A DNA stretch of 37,422 nt, taken from IMG/VR virus record IMGVR_UViG_3300033122_000112, positions 1 to 37,422 of that record; one strand, given 5' to 3'. A program made the position numbers and the translations under genes. This DNA comes from a virus (Duplodnaviria > Caudoviricetes). Below, piece by piece: positions 1 to 11,900 of the stretch. Positions within the stretch are counted from its first letter, which is position 1; each line of letters begins with the position of its first letter. The notes below the pieces were generated by a model. The model ran no database searches, was not told the DNA's origin, and saw only the letters and a list, made by a program, of their open reading frames with translations.

Positions 1-1
1 A

Positions 2-319
2 GGTAAAACCTAATCCACCAGTAGTTTGTTCTGGGGAAACCCAGTCAATTCTACGTACCACCTGCACGGTATCTGAAGCCAGCACTCTTTTGAGAGATAC
101 CATGTCATCATAGGAACCAGAAAATTCAGAAAATGAATCCACTGCCTGTGGCGGTGAGTTTTCATTATCCCAACTTTGTGGTCTACCAATGAAAAGATAT
201 AACCTATCTCTTGTTGCACCCGCAACTGTATCACTTTCAGTTGCATTAGGACCTTCAAGTGCCTTTATGAACTTTTGTGCTGAAAAAATTCTAAATTGGT
301 CTGTTAATAGAGCTGCCAT
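2..319 (-). CDS. gp8: Baseplate wedge subunit gp8, 5' part only (runs off the window edge; not in the ORF track)
   Basis: Manual translation from ATG at 319 gives MAALLTDQFRIFSAQKFIKALEGP...RLYLFIGRPQSWDNENSPPQAVD...DMVSLKRV...VVRRIDW, with no stop to position 2. This is the typical T4-like gp8 N-terminus and sits in a baseplate context. Confidence 0.85.
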   Translation of the reverse strand, partial: MAALLTDQFRIFSAQKFIKALEGPNATESDTVAGATRDRLYLFIGRPQSWDNENSPPQAVDSFSEFSGSYDDMVSLKRVLASDTVQVVRRIDWVSPEQTTGGLGFT

Positions 320-346
320 TTTCTAGTGACTATTTGTCCTCCTGTT

Positions 347-353
347 TATTTAT
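347..353 (-). promoter_or_regulatory. T4-type late promoter (ATAAATA) upstream of gp8
   Basis: Minus strand reads GGCATAAATAAACAGGAGG in the short intergenic gap before the gp8 start; matches the gp55-type TATAAATA consensus. Confidence 0.65.
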
Positions 354-355
354 GC

Positions 356-3300
356 CTATTTCGATCGAACTATTGCAGAATATTCGATACTCTTAATTCT
401 ATAAGAGGCACCGCCATTTCCGTTGATGAGTTCTCCACCTAAAACTGCCTGAGCAGATGCACCAGATCCAGTTGTATCACTGGCATTATTAGTGAATGTG
501 ACTGTAGGATGTAAGGCATATGTTCCATCTACAGTTTGTGGAATACCATATCCACCATTATTGATAGTAATTGATGCAACTTGGTCTCCTTGAGGAGTCA
601 TAACCACAGTACCAGTTGCTTGTATATCACCTGTGTTCTCTATTGCTACAGTCGGAGCAGCAGTATAGTTAGTACCAGGATTAGTTATAACGAAATCAGT
701 AATAGTATTCTTTGATGAAAACTCATAAAGATAACCTGCAATACCAACATTTATATTATTAGTATTGAAAGGTATAACATCCTTGACTTGTAATACACCT
801 GTTGAAGGTATCCAAGAAACAACAGTTGCTTGTACACCAGACACAGAACCACTAACTATCTCATTAGTAGAGAAGTTCTGACCATTACCAGTTGTTTGAT
901 CTAATGTAATATTAATTAATGCAGTATGCTCAACACCTTCAGATAATCCACCTGCAGTAGTAATTGTTGCAAACTTAAATGGTATATCTCCATCTTTAAT
1001 ATTATCACCAACTTGGAATAAAGTTGTATTAGTACCACCCTGTGTTTCTTCAATACCATAAAGTGAATTGTAAATACCACCATCTAGTGATATTTGATTA
1101 GCAAATGTTGTATTAGCATTACTCAAATCTGGAATACCATCAGGTGCACCAGTTGGTATAATATCTTCAAAAGATCTATCTTGTAATACAGATAAAGGTT
1201 CAGTCAATAAATCTATGGTAGAACCTGCAGTTGTAAGAATTACATGTGGTAATACACCTGCAGCAGAACTATCTGCAACACCACCATCAAATTGTACGAT
1301 AGCATCCTCAGTTGCTGCTCTACCACCATCAATAAATGCTAACTCATCAACTTCAAATGTGACAAGTAGTTCTCTTGTATTTGGATCCCAATCATATACT
1401 TTAGCAACTTTATTATTTTGATTTTCAACTCTTCTAATAACTCTATCACCTACAGTAAATTTGTAAAGTGATACACCGTTAGAATCATTTTGACCAGGAT
1501 CTAATATAACTCTTTGATCATAATTAAAGTTTACACCACGAGTTAAACCAGTAAATTTACCTGCAGATTTAGAAGTATAACTTATTGTCTCTCTATTAAG
1601 AATAATAGATCCAGAACCAGGATATGCATCAGTAGAGTCAACATATATGTTTGCATCATTAGCAGTGACACTCTTGATTAATCCAGTCAAGTAAATTGCA
1701 GAAGAGTTAAACGCTTGTCTTGCTCTCGTCTTACGTTTTAATTGTACTAATTTTGTAAAGATAACATTAGGTACAGAAGTATATCCTACGCCTGGTTCAG
1801 TAACAGTTATACCTGTAATAGCACCTTGATCAATAGTTGCTACTGCTTTTGCACCGATACCTCCACCACCAGTGATAAGAATAAAAGGAGGTTCTTGATA
1901 AAATTCACCTTGATTTACAATATTGATATTTGTAACTTTTCCTAAGATGTCTATTTCAGCAGCACCTTGTGCACCCTGTCCACCACCACCTTCAAAGATA
2001 AGTGTTGGAGGAGTAGCATAATTTCTACCTGCGTTTAATAGTGATAAACCTGTCACTGTCTGCACTACAGGACTACCCAAAGCACCACTACCTTGACCAC
2101 CTAAAATTCTTGCTTGTGCAGGACCAAAGTAATTATCACCAAACTTAGTCATTCTAATATAATCAAGTTGTCCTGCATTAGTTGTACTTAAGACAACTTC
2201 TGCCTCAGCACCCTCTGGGAAATTAGTTGTTAAAGGAGGAACAGTATCACCTTCAAATAAAGGCACACCATAATATTTGGGACCTATAGCATAAGGATAT
2301 TTTGGAGCACCTGAAGCATCCTCAGTCATATAATATGCATAAGTTCCGTTTGGATATTCTGGTGTGGTAGAAAATCTACCATTATAATAGTCTAAAGTTC
2401 CTACAACGTCTAAGTATTTCCAATTACTTACAGTGCCACTTGTATGTGTAGGTGCAGTACCACCTGCACTTATTGATGCAGTTGCTTCATAGATATATCC
2501 TGCGTTTCTTACAGTGTCATACTGAACAAAACTCGCTGTACTTGACCATGCAGGTGATTCATCAAAAATATAATCATTTACAAGATCTCCTAATTGATAA
2601 CCTCTAGTGACTAATCTTAATCCTGCACCTGCAGTCACATAAGCAAAGAGATATAAAAGACCAGGTGAATCTACAGGAACTGTAAAACGCACTTCTCTTT
2701 GTGTGGTAGCAGTATTAAATAAACTTACATAAGTTTGATATGGTCTTTGTGAACCATCAATCCAATATTCTACTCCCTGTCCTGAAAAGAGATAATTTGT
2801 ATCACCAACTAAACCTGCATGCCAACCATCATCTGTTGGAGATATGAAGATATGATTAGATGGAGCATTAGATGAATCTAATTGATTAAAGATATATGTT
2901 TTTCCTCTGTCTAAAGTTAAGAATGTAGGAGATGCTCCATCAAATAAAAATTTATTATTTGACATTGTCACAGCATAAGTCACTGTACCAGATGTAGTGA
3001 CTACAGGTCTAGCACCTTGTAGTTCAGGAACTGTTCTCAGTCTATAACCTGATTTTTCTCTTGCAATAGTATTACCAATTTTTCCATAAGGTCCGTAAAT
3101 AGGATAACCATCAAATGACATACCTATGATTCTAGAATGTCCATTTGCATATCTTGAATAATCTAATGTTCCTGCTGCAGCAGTCCCAAAAAATCCTTCA
3201 ACATAATAGTTGTTCATATTTACTTCATCTTCTTCCTCAGCAGAGGTATCAAGAATCATATATCCTTCATCACCTGCATATCCAGACATATAACGATGAT

Positions 3301-4687
3301 TACCACAATAGTAATATATTTTTTGCGTTTCATCCGCATTCATTATGAATATTGGTTGTAATGAAGCTTCGTAATCTGCAGCATATGCACCAGAAGAACC
3401 TGTACTATTGTAATATAATGTTCCACCATTTAATGTGCCATCAGCAGTTGTAGAGAACCGCATAGGGTGTGGTGCATTACCTTGCTGATTAGAAGCGTCA
3501 GATTGATCCCATATAATTACATAATTCTTTTGTACTTTAATATTTTCTGGAGAGAAGTAATATACACCTGGTGTAAAAGCACCAAACTCATGTGCCTCTT
3601 CACCAAACTCAATATAAAAAATACCATTTGGGAATGTTATTGGTGCACCATTTATTTTAAATGAAAATCCATTAGATCCTAGACATAGATCATCTTGTGA
3701 GAAAGCATCTCCTGAAAGACTTCTTAGATATATTCTTACTACAACATTTTGACTGTCTTTTACTATTTTTGAAATTATACCTCTACCTGTCCCACCAACT
3801 TCATCAACTATTCTACCAACTTCTACTTGTCCTAATGTTTCATCTACATTAGTGACATTAAACATCACATTATCAAATTCTACCTTAACTTTCCATGTGA
3901 ATAATTCTTGATTACCCCATTCAAATACACCGTTGGCATCATCAAATTCATCTATAGTTTTACTTGTCTGATAATAATGTACATTATTATGAATTATAGT
4001 ATCATTTGCACTGGTATTTTTTACATAGTCATATTTGACTGTATCAATAGCAAAGTTTATAGGTGCTCCACCAACGTTATTACCCCATTCTGGTGTATGT
4101 AAAAGACCACCATTTGCTAATATACCGAGTGATTTATTTCTTTGAAACTCTCTAGTACCTGGATTAGGAACATCTTTACCACCTCTGTATATAAAGGTTT
4201 GATTGAATGTTCTATCTACAAGATCTCCTGAACCACCAGGTTGCCTTTCATTAGCATAAACCTGTGATGGTTTAGGATGATTATCTGATACAATAGTTAA
4301 TCTATCTGTTAACTTAGCTGGAGTTCCAGTAGTTCCAAATGTTGCAGTGGTAGCACTATTTGGATGAGATTGAAATATCCTTGTGAAATTAAAAGAATTT
4401 ACGACATTAGGAGTTTCCTGTTCAGGAATAATTTGTACTCTTAATGGATCATAACCTAAACCTCTATCAAGAACACGAACATGAATAATCTGTCCTGAGT
4501 CTTCATCTATTATTGGATATAATATTGCTTCTCGTGTTGGAGTTCCACAACCAGTCACAGTGAGTCGTGGTGGGTCTGCCTGTGTATATCCAGATCCACC
4601 ATTTACAACTCTTACCGCACGTACACCAAATACTTCGTCAAAAATAGGTTCAATGTCGGCACCAGTACCAGGAACGGTTCTTGCCAT
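356..4687 (-). CDS. 1443-aa probable virion/baseplate structural protein with a split YHYH-type domain, cupredoxin-like domains, a CBM5/12-like module and Gly-rich GxGY repeats
   Basis: YHYH-family motifs [19 protein letters not shown] and [22 protein letters not shown]; HPMRF...YYCGNHRYM; PAWSSTASF...NWKYL; repeats G.GY...P.V...GGGG.GA shared with gp7; located between the gp9-like gene and gp8. Confidence 0.75.
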   Translation of the reverse strand: MARTVPGTGADIEPIFDEVFGVRAVRVVNGGSGYTQADPPRLTVTGCGTPTREAILYPIIDEDSGQIIHVRVLDRGLGYDPLRVQIIPEQETPNVVNSFNFTRIFQSHPNSATTATFGTTGTPAKLTDRLTIVSDNHPKPSQVYANERQPGGSGDLVDRTFNQTFIYRGGKDVPNPGTREFQRNKSLGILANGGLLHTPEWGNNVGGAPINFAIDTVKYDYVKNTSANDTIIHNNVHYYQTSKTIDEFDDANGVFEWGNQELFTWKVKVEFDNVMFNVTNVDETLGQVEVGRIVDEVGGTGRGIISKIVKDSQNVVVRIYLRSLSGDAFSQDDLCLGSNGFSFKINGAPITFPNGIFYIEFGEEAHEFGAFTPGVYYFSPENIKVQKNYVIIWDQSDASNQQGNAPHPMRFSTTADGTLNGGTLYYNSTGSSGAYAADYEASLQPIFIMNADETQKIYYYCGNHRYMSGYAGDEGYMILDTSAEEEDEVNMNNYYVEGFFGTAAAGTLDYSRYANGHSRIIGMSFDGYPIYGPYGKIGNTIAREKSGYRLRTVPELQGARPVVTTSGTVTYAVTMSNNKFLFDGASPTFLTLDRGKTYIFNQLDSSNAPSNHIFISPTDDGWHAGLVGDTNYLFSGQGVEYWIDGSQRPYQTYVSLFNTATTQREVRFTVPVDSPGLLYLFAYVTAGAGLRLVTRGYQLGDLVNDYIFDESPAWSSTASFVQYDTVRNAGYIYEATASISAGGTAPTHTSGTVSNWKYLDVVGTLDYYNGRFSTTPEYPNGTYAYYMTEDASGAPKYPYAIGPKYYGVPLFEGDTVPPLTTNFPEGAEAEVVLSTTNAGQLDYIRMTKFGDNYFGPAQARILGGQGSGALGSPVVQTVTGLSLLNAGRNYATPPTLIFEGGGGQGAQGAAEIDILGKVTNINIVNQGEFYQEPPFILITGGGGIGAKAVATIDQGAITGITVTEPGVGYTSVPNVIFTKLVQLKRKTRARQAFNSSAIYLTGLIKSVTANDANIYVDSTDAYPGSGSIILNRETISYTSKSAGKFTGLTRGVNFNYDQRVILDPGQNDSNGVSLYKFTVGDRVIRRVENQNNKVAKVYDWDPNTRELLVTFEVDELAFIDGGRAATEDAIVQFDGGVADSSAAGVLPHVILTTAGSTIDLLTEPLSVLQDRSFEDIIPTGAPDGIPDLSNANTTFANQISLDGGIYNSLYGIEETQGGTNTTLFQVGDNIKDGDIPFKFATITTAGGLSEGVEHTALINITLDQTTGNGQNFSTNEIVSGSVSGVQATVVSWIPSTGVLQVKDVIPFNTNNINVGIAGYLYEFSSKNTITDFVITNPGTNYTAAPTVAIENTGDIQATGTVVMTPQGDQVASITINNGGYGIPQTVDGTYALHPTVTFTNNASDTTGSGASAQAVLGGELINGNGGASYRIKSIEYSAIVRSK

Positions 4688-4690
4688 TTA

Positions 4691-5920
4691 CTAACTCACT
4701 ACGTTTATAGTTCCTTGCATTGCAGCATGGAGAGTACACTGATAATACAGCGTAGAAGGAGCGTCCAAAGGAACAGTCCAATATAATATAGTAGTTCCAC
4801 TACCAGATTGACCAGTAGTGTAAGGAGTACCAGTCAATCCTTGAGATGACTGAATCCTAAATGGGTGTCCACCACCCTCAACACTATTATCAAATGCATA
4901 AGTGAAACCTCTATGCACATATAATGTTGGGTCTCTAACTTCTCCTGTAAGACCAGGACCTGATATTAAGAAATCACTACTTGCATCTTCTACAGGTGCA
5001 CCTATTTCATACCATATTATAGGACTTCTTGTGACCACCCATGAAGTTCCATTATAGAATAGTGAATCACCCTGAGTTATACCAGCTGTATTAGTATCAG
5101 TTAAAGCTGCTAATGTAGTAGTTAAAGTACCAGAGAAGTTGACTGTGACTGTGTCTCCTGAAACTGCAGTGGTAATATTTGTTCCACCTGCGATTGTTAA
5201 GGTATCAGTCTGACTGTCAGCAGTCGTAGATCCTGAATCACCTGCAACCGTAGCAAACAAGTTAACAGAACTAACACCTGCGTTATCATCAGCAGGAACC
5301 CAGTTAGTCCCATTCCATTTTAGAGTTTGGTTTAAATTTGGTGCAGTAGTTGTGACATCAACGTTTGCAAGATCATTTATACCTGAGTATTCTGTTAAAA
5401 GTTTTGCTCTTGTATCTCCTACACCACCTGCAGTTATATTAATGTTTACATATGGATTATCATCACCATCTACTGTGAAAAAATATCCAGTATATGATGC
5501 TGCAGCAGGAGCAGCAGCAAGAGAAGCATATTCGTTTTTATATTTTACTGTCGTCGGTAAGTTAACTGAGCCATCAGTGCCAGAGAAAGTGCTAGTAATG
5601 GAACCATGACCAATAGTAAGACTTCCAGTTCCGTTGGGAGCGAGAGCAATGTCTCCATTACTTGAGGATACGATAGAATTTCCATTTACATTAAGGGCAG
5701 ATGTAAGGTTTGAGTAATCAGAGGGGATAAAAGATGATCCATCATAACGTAATACCTGACCAGATGCAGGGTTAGTAGTATTTACTGTTAATGTTGTACC
5801 ATTTCCTAAGGCAGTATATAATTCGTTAAAATTATCATTTATCTTGTCGCCACCAGCTCTCAGGGTATCACCTGTGTTATCGTTTGCTACTGTACCAAGA
5901 TCTAGTGCTTGTTTTGCCAT
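4691..5920 (-). CDS. gp9: Baseplate wedge tail-fibre connector, gp9/gp10-like, with a C-terminal cupredoxin-like domain
   Basis: N-terminus MAKQALDLGTVANDNTGDTLRAGGDKINDNFNELY is the T4 gp9/gp10 N-terminal motif; three fibre-type repeats of the GQ.L.(W/Y)(N/D)G..W type; C-terminal GHPF...YYQCTLHAAM. Confidence 0.75.
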   Translation of the reverse strand: MAKQALDLGTVANDNTGDTLRAGGDKINDNFNELYTALGNGTTLTVNTTNPASGQVLRYDGSSFIPSDYSNLTSALNVNGNSIVSSSNGDIALAPNGTGSLTIGHGSITSTFSGTDGSVNLPTTVKYKNEYASLAAAPAAASYTGYFFTVDGDDNPYVNINITAGGVGDTRAKLLTEYSGINDLANVDVTTTAPNLNQTLKWNGTNWVPADDNAGVSSVNLFATVAGDSGSTTADSQTDTLTIAGGTNITTAVSGDTVTVNFSGTLTTTLAALTDTNTAGITQGDSLFYNGTSWVVTRSPIIWYEIGAPVEDASSDFLISGPGLTGEVRDPTLYVHRGFTYAFDNSVEGGGHPFRIQSSQGLTGTPYTTGQSGSGTTILYWTVPLDAPSTLYYQCTLHAAMQGTINVVS

Positions 5921-5946
5921 CTTTTTAGAGGTTTTTTGCTATAAGT

Positions 5947-5953
5947 TATTTAT
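5947..5953 (-). promoter_or_regulatory. T4-type late promoter (ATAAATA) overlapping the gp7 stop codon
   Basis: Minus strand ACATAAATAAC; its TAA is the gp7 stop; about 27 nt upstream of the gp9-like ATG. Confidence 0.6.
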
Positions 5954-8900
5954 GTGATTATCTCAGGGTCTACTACTTCTTCACCATATTGACTTAAATC
6001 TGGTGCAGTCCAATCATCTGGAACTGAAGTTTCAACTGCGATGTCTGGATTTTGATATCCAGTACCTGTATTACTTAAGGTCACTCCACCAACACCAACC
6101 AGTGCTCTAATATTACCCTCAAAACCAGATATAGAGTCAACCCTTACAGTTGGTCTTGTAGTATATCCAGAACCACCACCAGTGACTTGTACCTGTTTAA
6201 TAAATCCAGTCGTTAGTGCTGCAGTTGCAACTGCGTCTTGACCAAATACAGATCCAAGATAATCAAATGTAATTAATGAGTTGGAAGATTCAATAACAGC
6301 AACTGTTCTATCTTCAGTCTCACCCTGTATTCTAATATCATCGCCTGGTTCTACAGGAGGTACAATCTCAGCAGCGTCTACGTCCGCTTCAGAACCAACG
6401 TATGAGAACGCAACGAATGTAGATCCTACACGAGGTATTTCTGAGAATATAATTCTAGAACCAACAATCTCAAAACCAATACCAGGTTCCTGTATAACAC
6501 CATTCAATGAACAAATAATATTGTTCTCTGGTCTAATTGATGATGACTGTACACCATCGGTCAATGTCAATGAGTAGAACACCTCATTACGTTTCAAGTT
6601 GAATGACTGACGCAATGAATCAAACTCAAATGATATATCATCTAACTGTCTAAGTTTACCAACATAGAATCCTGTAAATGATGCTCCTAACTCAGGTGCT
6701 TCAGTAAATTGAATCTGATTAGAGAACGCTGTGTATGCGTTTGTAGCACCTGGTGGTTGTAGAATACCATTGATGAATATTAGTAGATGTCCTGCAGGAT
6801 CTGGTAGATATGATATACCATTATTCTGAGATAAATCAAAGGTTGTTTGAACACCATCAAATCCTTTGAATGATCTCTTAACACGTGCTTTAAGATCACC
6901 CTTAGCAGAGATTGCTGCTTTATAGTTATCAATACTCTTGATAGCATCATTGACATCAAATGTTCCTGCAACATCACTTAGATATACTCTCTTCAAAGTA
7001 CCAACAGTTTTGACATCTTGAACAGTAGCAGAAGCAGAACCTGCAGTCACAACCTTAGTTGTAATATTTGCATAACCTTGTGGGAAACTTCCTACTCCAT
7101 AATCACCAACTTGATCACCATTTGTTAATGTTCCTTGGAACTCTTGTGCGTAGATAAAGTTATTTGCAATATCTACACCAGTGATTATTGCATAAGTATT
7201 CAAATCTTGAGTACCATTAGCAATCTTATAAAGTCTATTACCAACTTGGAATGTAGCAAGACTGGATATGATACTAATACCAAATCTTACATTTCCAGTA
7301 GATGCAATCTTAGCACCAACTTTAAGTTCTAATCCATCATACTTAATAACATCAAGGAATTGTCTAGATGCCTCAGGATAAACAACAGAGTTAGTTTCAA
7401 ATGTTCCATTTAAGGTTGCAGTATCAACAGTCAATGTACCACCAGTATTATCTGTGACAGCAGCTTCGTTCTTTAAGAAAGCTCCTGCAGGTTGTGCAGT
7501 ATTTCCAGATGTATAACCTTTGAATGGAATGTTATCTACAAAATTACCTTGTAAGTCAATAATATGAAGACGACTCTCGATTGCACTTATTTGAGCAGTT
7601 GTAGAGTTATTTGCACCAACAACATTATCAGTGATTGCCCAAGGACCTGCAGTCACCTTAACATCAAGATACTTATAGTTTGCATCTTCAAAGAATCCGT
7701 AAACAACACCATTGATAGAAGCATTACCTTGTTTCTGTACAGTCTCGTTCATAGTATAAGGACCATCTGTTATATCACCATCAATTCTAAATCTTTGATA
7801 TACCTGAACAACTTTACCTGAGTTTTCTGCGATAGATTCAAGTTCACCATATACATTACTTGATAAACCGTACATGTAGTCGGCATTGTTTAATCCACCA
7901 CCAAGAGCAACTGGTAGAGATCTTGTTCCATATAGTTTAGTAGGAACAGAAATACCATTCTGAGATGTAATTTGTGTATAGTAGGTTCCTGTCTTAATTT
8001 GATTTCTAATAATATCAATGTTAGATCTTATAATTCTACTCATTGATTTTGTATTATAATTTGCAGCTTCAGATGAATCATAGAACTTATAGAATCCTGC
8101 ATTAGGTGAAGGTTCTGTAAGTGTATTATCAAGTGCTGCTTGCATGTATGTTTGAAGTGTGTTCAAGGCATATTGTTTAATGTTGTATTCATTATCTGAG
8201 AAGAATACTGTACCATCTCCAGACTGATAAGGATCAAGTGCACTCTTAGTAAGTTTAACACCCCATACGTAAATACCATCTGTACCATTACCTGCATAGT
8301 TTTGAGAACCAGATGCATTATTGATAATGATCTTATTCTGTAATGTTGCGAAACCAAAGGAGAATGTAGTTGTAATAAATGCTCTATACCAACCATTACC
8401 TAGAGGAACTACTCCTGCAGAATCATTACTCATACCACCCTGAGGTGTGAACACAGAACCAATAGTTCCTGTGGTTAAGTTAAGATCAAAGAAGATTCTT
8501 TGTACAGCAGAGGTTCCTTCATCAAGTGACATTTGGAAACGAACTGATGTATATCCACCTGCCTTGATAAATGCTGAGAATGTAAATGTCTGATTTGCAT
8601 CTGCAGAAATTGAACCAGTGTCAAATGACTCGTTAGTAGTGTCAAATTTAACTACACCAGAGTCGAAGGTTTCAAAAGCAGTCAGACTGAAATCTCTGTT
8701 AAGTGTATGAAGTGCAAGATTAGTGCTTGGTACAATTTTCTCAGAAGTAATTGTAAGATCGGGAGCAGCAATTGAGTTATTTGTAATGGTTGCTTCAGTT
8801 GCAGTCCAATCACTTGCTATTGCCTCTGGATTACTGAATAAGTTTGCACCTGCAATCTGACCAGTAATATTAGATGTTAATGTTCTAGCATGTGCAATAG

Positions 8901-11900
8901 TTTGTACATTTGTTGGTTTGTTATACCAGTCATAACCTGCAGCAACTGTATTGACTACACCTACTGCCTTGGATGTTCTACCAACAATAGTATTACCATT
9001 TGCCCATTGTGTTCCTACAAATGGAGCAACAACTAAGTATGTTGTATCTTCATTCCATTCTAATACTTTTGCATAAGCACCATTACTTGAATGTATTACT
9101 TCACCAACTGTATAATTTCCAATATTACTTGTTAATGTGATTTCGTATGCAGTTGTCTTATCTGTAAGATCAGTTGCAACAATATCATGCACCATATCAT
9201 CAGTGATATTTGTAAGGAATTGATCGTATATCCACTGACCAGTACCAAATTGTGAGTTGACCTGATTAGTAATTTCTTCCTTATAATAGTTGTAGTTGTA
9301 AAGAACATGTTTAGCAGCACTTCTACCTGCAAGTTTAGCAGGTGATAAGAAGTTAACTGCAATTTTAATTAACTCTCTAAATCTAGTAATTACATTAGAA
9401 ATGGTAGTTGGTGATTCAGAATCTCTAATTGCAGTTTCATCAGTCTTTGTCGCAGCATATCCAGTTGGTAAAGTAAATCCACTATTGAAATCTTGAAGTA
9501 TATTATTAAGTGCATGCTCACCAATAACTCCAACTTGTTCTATAGCAAATATAAACGCAAGTAATTCATCTTCTATAGTTTGAATTTGTAAACTAGCATT
9601 GAGATATGTCTCCATAGCAGTTATTGTGCTACTTTGACCACCAGTTTGTAAGTCAGATATCATAGCAAGTAAGATATCTTTTAAATTATTTTGAACTACT
9701 ATTTCTGTTCTTCCAGTACCAGGATAACTAAACGCAGTATAAGATACACCATTGAGAGTGTAGTTAAATTCTGATGATGTTAAACCAGTTGCTTCTTCTA
9801 CAATATATTGTCTATTAAAGTATAATCTATCTCCACCGATATCAAAATCATTATCGGTAGGTGCAATCATGTCATTGATCGTCGTGATAAGAGCGTCAAC
9901 CTCAGTCTTAACAGCATCAAAGTAAGTAGAAACGTTATTGCCAGTAATATCCCAGTCACCTGTAATAATATCATTTGTGTTGTCATAAGTTAAATCTCCT
10001 GTAATTGCTTCTTTAATGTAAACTGCAAGACGATCATGAGCATATATTGACTGAACAACTTGTAAACGAACTCGTCTTATCTCATTATTATTTCCGAGAT
10101 AGAAGTTTGCTGTCTCTACAATTTTTGCATTACCACCATCTTCAAGATCATCAGCAATCGCTTGAACAATAGTTGTTAGATCAGTCTTCTTCTGTAATGT
10201 TCCTGCATCAGATAAACCATTATTATTTCCTGGTAAATCTAGTACTAGATCAGGATAACGTTGTAGCATATCATAAGTTGCCTTATCAACGATAACACTA
10301 GCATTTTGTCGAATTAGATATGCAGCATCTCTATATCTGTATTGTCCATCAATATCAATTTGATTTGTGTATATAATGTCAGAAGTTCCATCGTGATATG
10401 ATACTGGGAATGGTACTTCTTTAAATCCATTTACTCTACCACCAATAAATTCAGCAGCAGGTGATACAGAGGTCACTGTAGCAAGATGATCTGTAGGAGA
10501 TGCTAGTATAGCATTGTTTAATGTATCAGTTAATATTGTGACTAAGTTATTTTGAGTAGTGATAACATCAGAACAATCTGATAATGAATAGAATACCTTA
10601 GTGACAGCATTTGTTGCAGATGCAGTCCATGTATGTGTGTATTGATCATCTGCCTTAGATGCACCAACATTTATTGTAAATGTATTTGCATCATGTGCTG
10701 TTAGTGGTAGAACTTGTGCAGATGCAGGGTCAGTGGATCTTGGATATGTGTGAGTTGTAGCATTACCATCTTTAGTACATGTAAATGTTAGAGAGTTATC
10801 TGAAATAATTACAGAATCACCTGCAACATCAATTCCATTGGTTGTAGCAGAAACAAATGTATGTGTATAATTACCACCTGTAGATACACCATTAGAAAGT
10901 CCAGATGCAAACTTATGTGTATAATTACCGCCAGTTTGAACAAGTGCTCTTTGAACTCCATTACTTGATGCAGATACAAATGTATGTGAGTAATTACCAC
11001 CTGTTGTAATTGCGTCAGTAGTAGCAGAAACAAATATATGATTAGATGTATTTGTAGAAGGTGTGCTTGCTAAAGTCTGAACAGTAATTGTGTCATCAGT
11101 GACATCAGTGATTGTGACTGCAGTGTTATAGTTAGGATCAGTAGTTCTAGGATATGAATGGTCTGTAGCATAATCGTCTTGAGCACATCTGAATGTTATT
11201 GAGTTTGTTGCTATCTTAACTGCAGTTCCTCTTCTTAAATTATGACGACCTATTGTAAGTGTCATAAATCCAGTTGTAGGATTATAATCAGCATGTGTAG
11301 GTGTGAACTTTCTTAATGGAGATTTACCAACGTTGATACTTAGTTTGTTATAATCAACATTGAATACTTCCATCCACTTACCACTGATAGGATCAGTAGC
11401 ACGAGGATATGCTTTATTAGAACTATTACCATCCATTGAGCAACTAAATGTCACTGCACCATCTGCCAATTTGATTCTTTCGTACTCTTTAATTTGATGT
11501 CCATGCTGTACAGCATTAGTTGATGCAGATACAAATGTATGAGCAGATAGATCTGATATTGGAGTTCCGTCTCCATTTACATTGACTGTAATTGTAGTTG
11601 CAGTTTCATCAGTGACTGTTAGATCATAATTATACGCATAGTCATTACTGCTTGCTCTTGGATATGTCTTCTGAGCAGTATTGCCATCTAATGTGCATGT
11701 AAACGTAATTGAGTTAGGTTGAATTCTGACTGTATCACCAATTTTTAAAGTATGTGATCCAATAGTCAATACCATATCACCTGTAGTAGGATTGTATGTA
11801 GCGTTAGTTGGAGTAAAGTTGGTGGTTGCAAATGTCAATTCCATGACACCAGTTGTTGCATCATAAGTTGCACCATTAGGTGTGTACTGATGACTTACAA

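Noticed and set aside
10-258. 82-aa minus-strand ORF from the track
   Set aside because: Out-of-frame shadow of the gp8 5' region (2-319), which carries recognisable family motifs.
356-4687. Naming the 1443-aa protein VrlC or gp10
   Set aside because: It lacks the gp9/gp10 N-terminal motif and I could not recognise a VrlC/DUF4815 signature.
10830-11010. Three short nucleotide repeats (tgtataattacc(a/g)cc-like) that could suggest a CRISPR-like or simple tandem array
   Set aside because: They are in-frame coding segments (GGNY.H.F) explained as the closing strands of nested domains; the repeats are degenerate, spacing is irregular and there are no cas genes.
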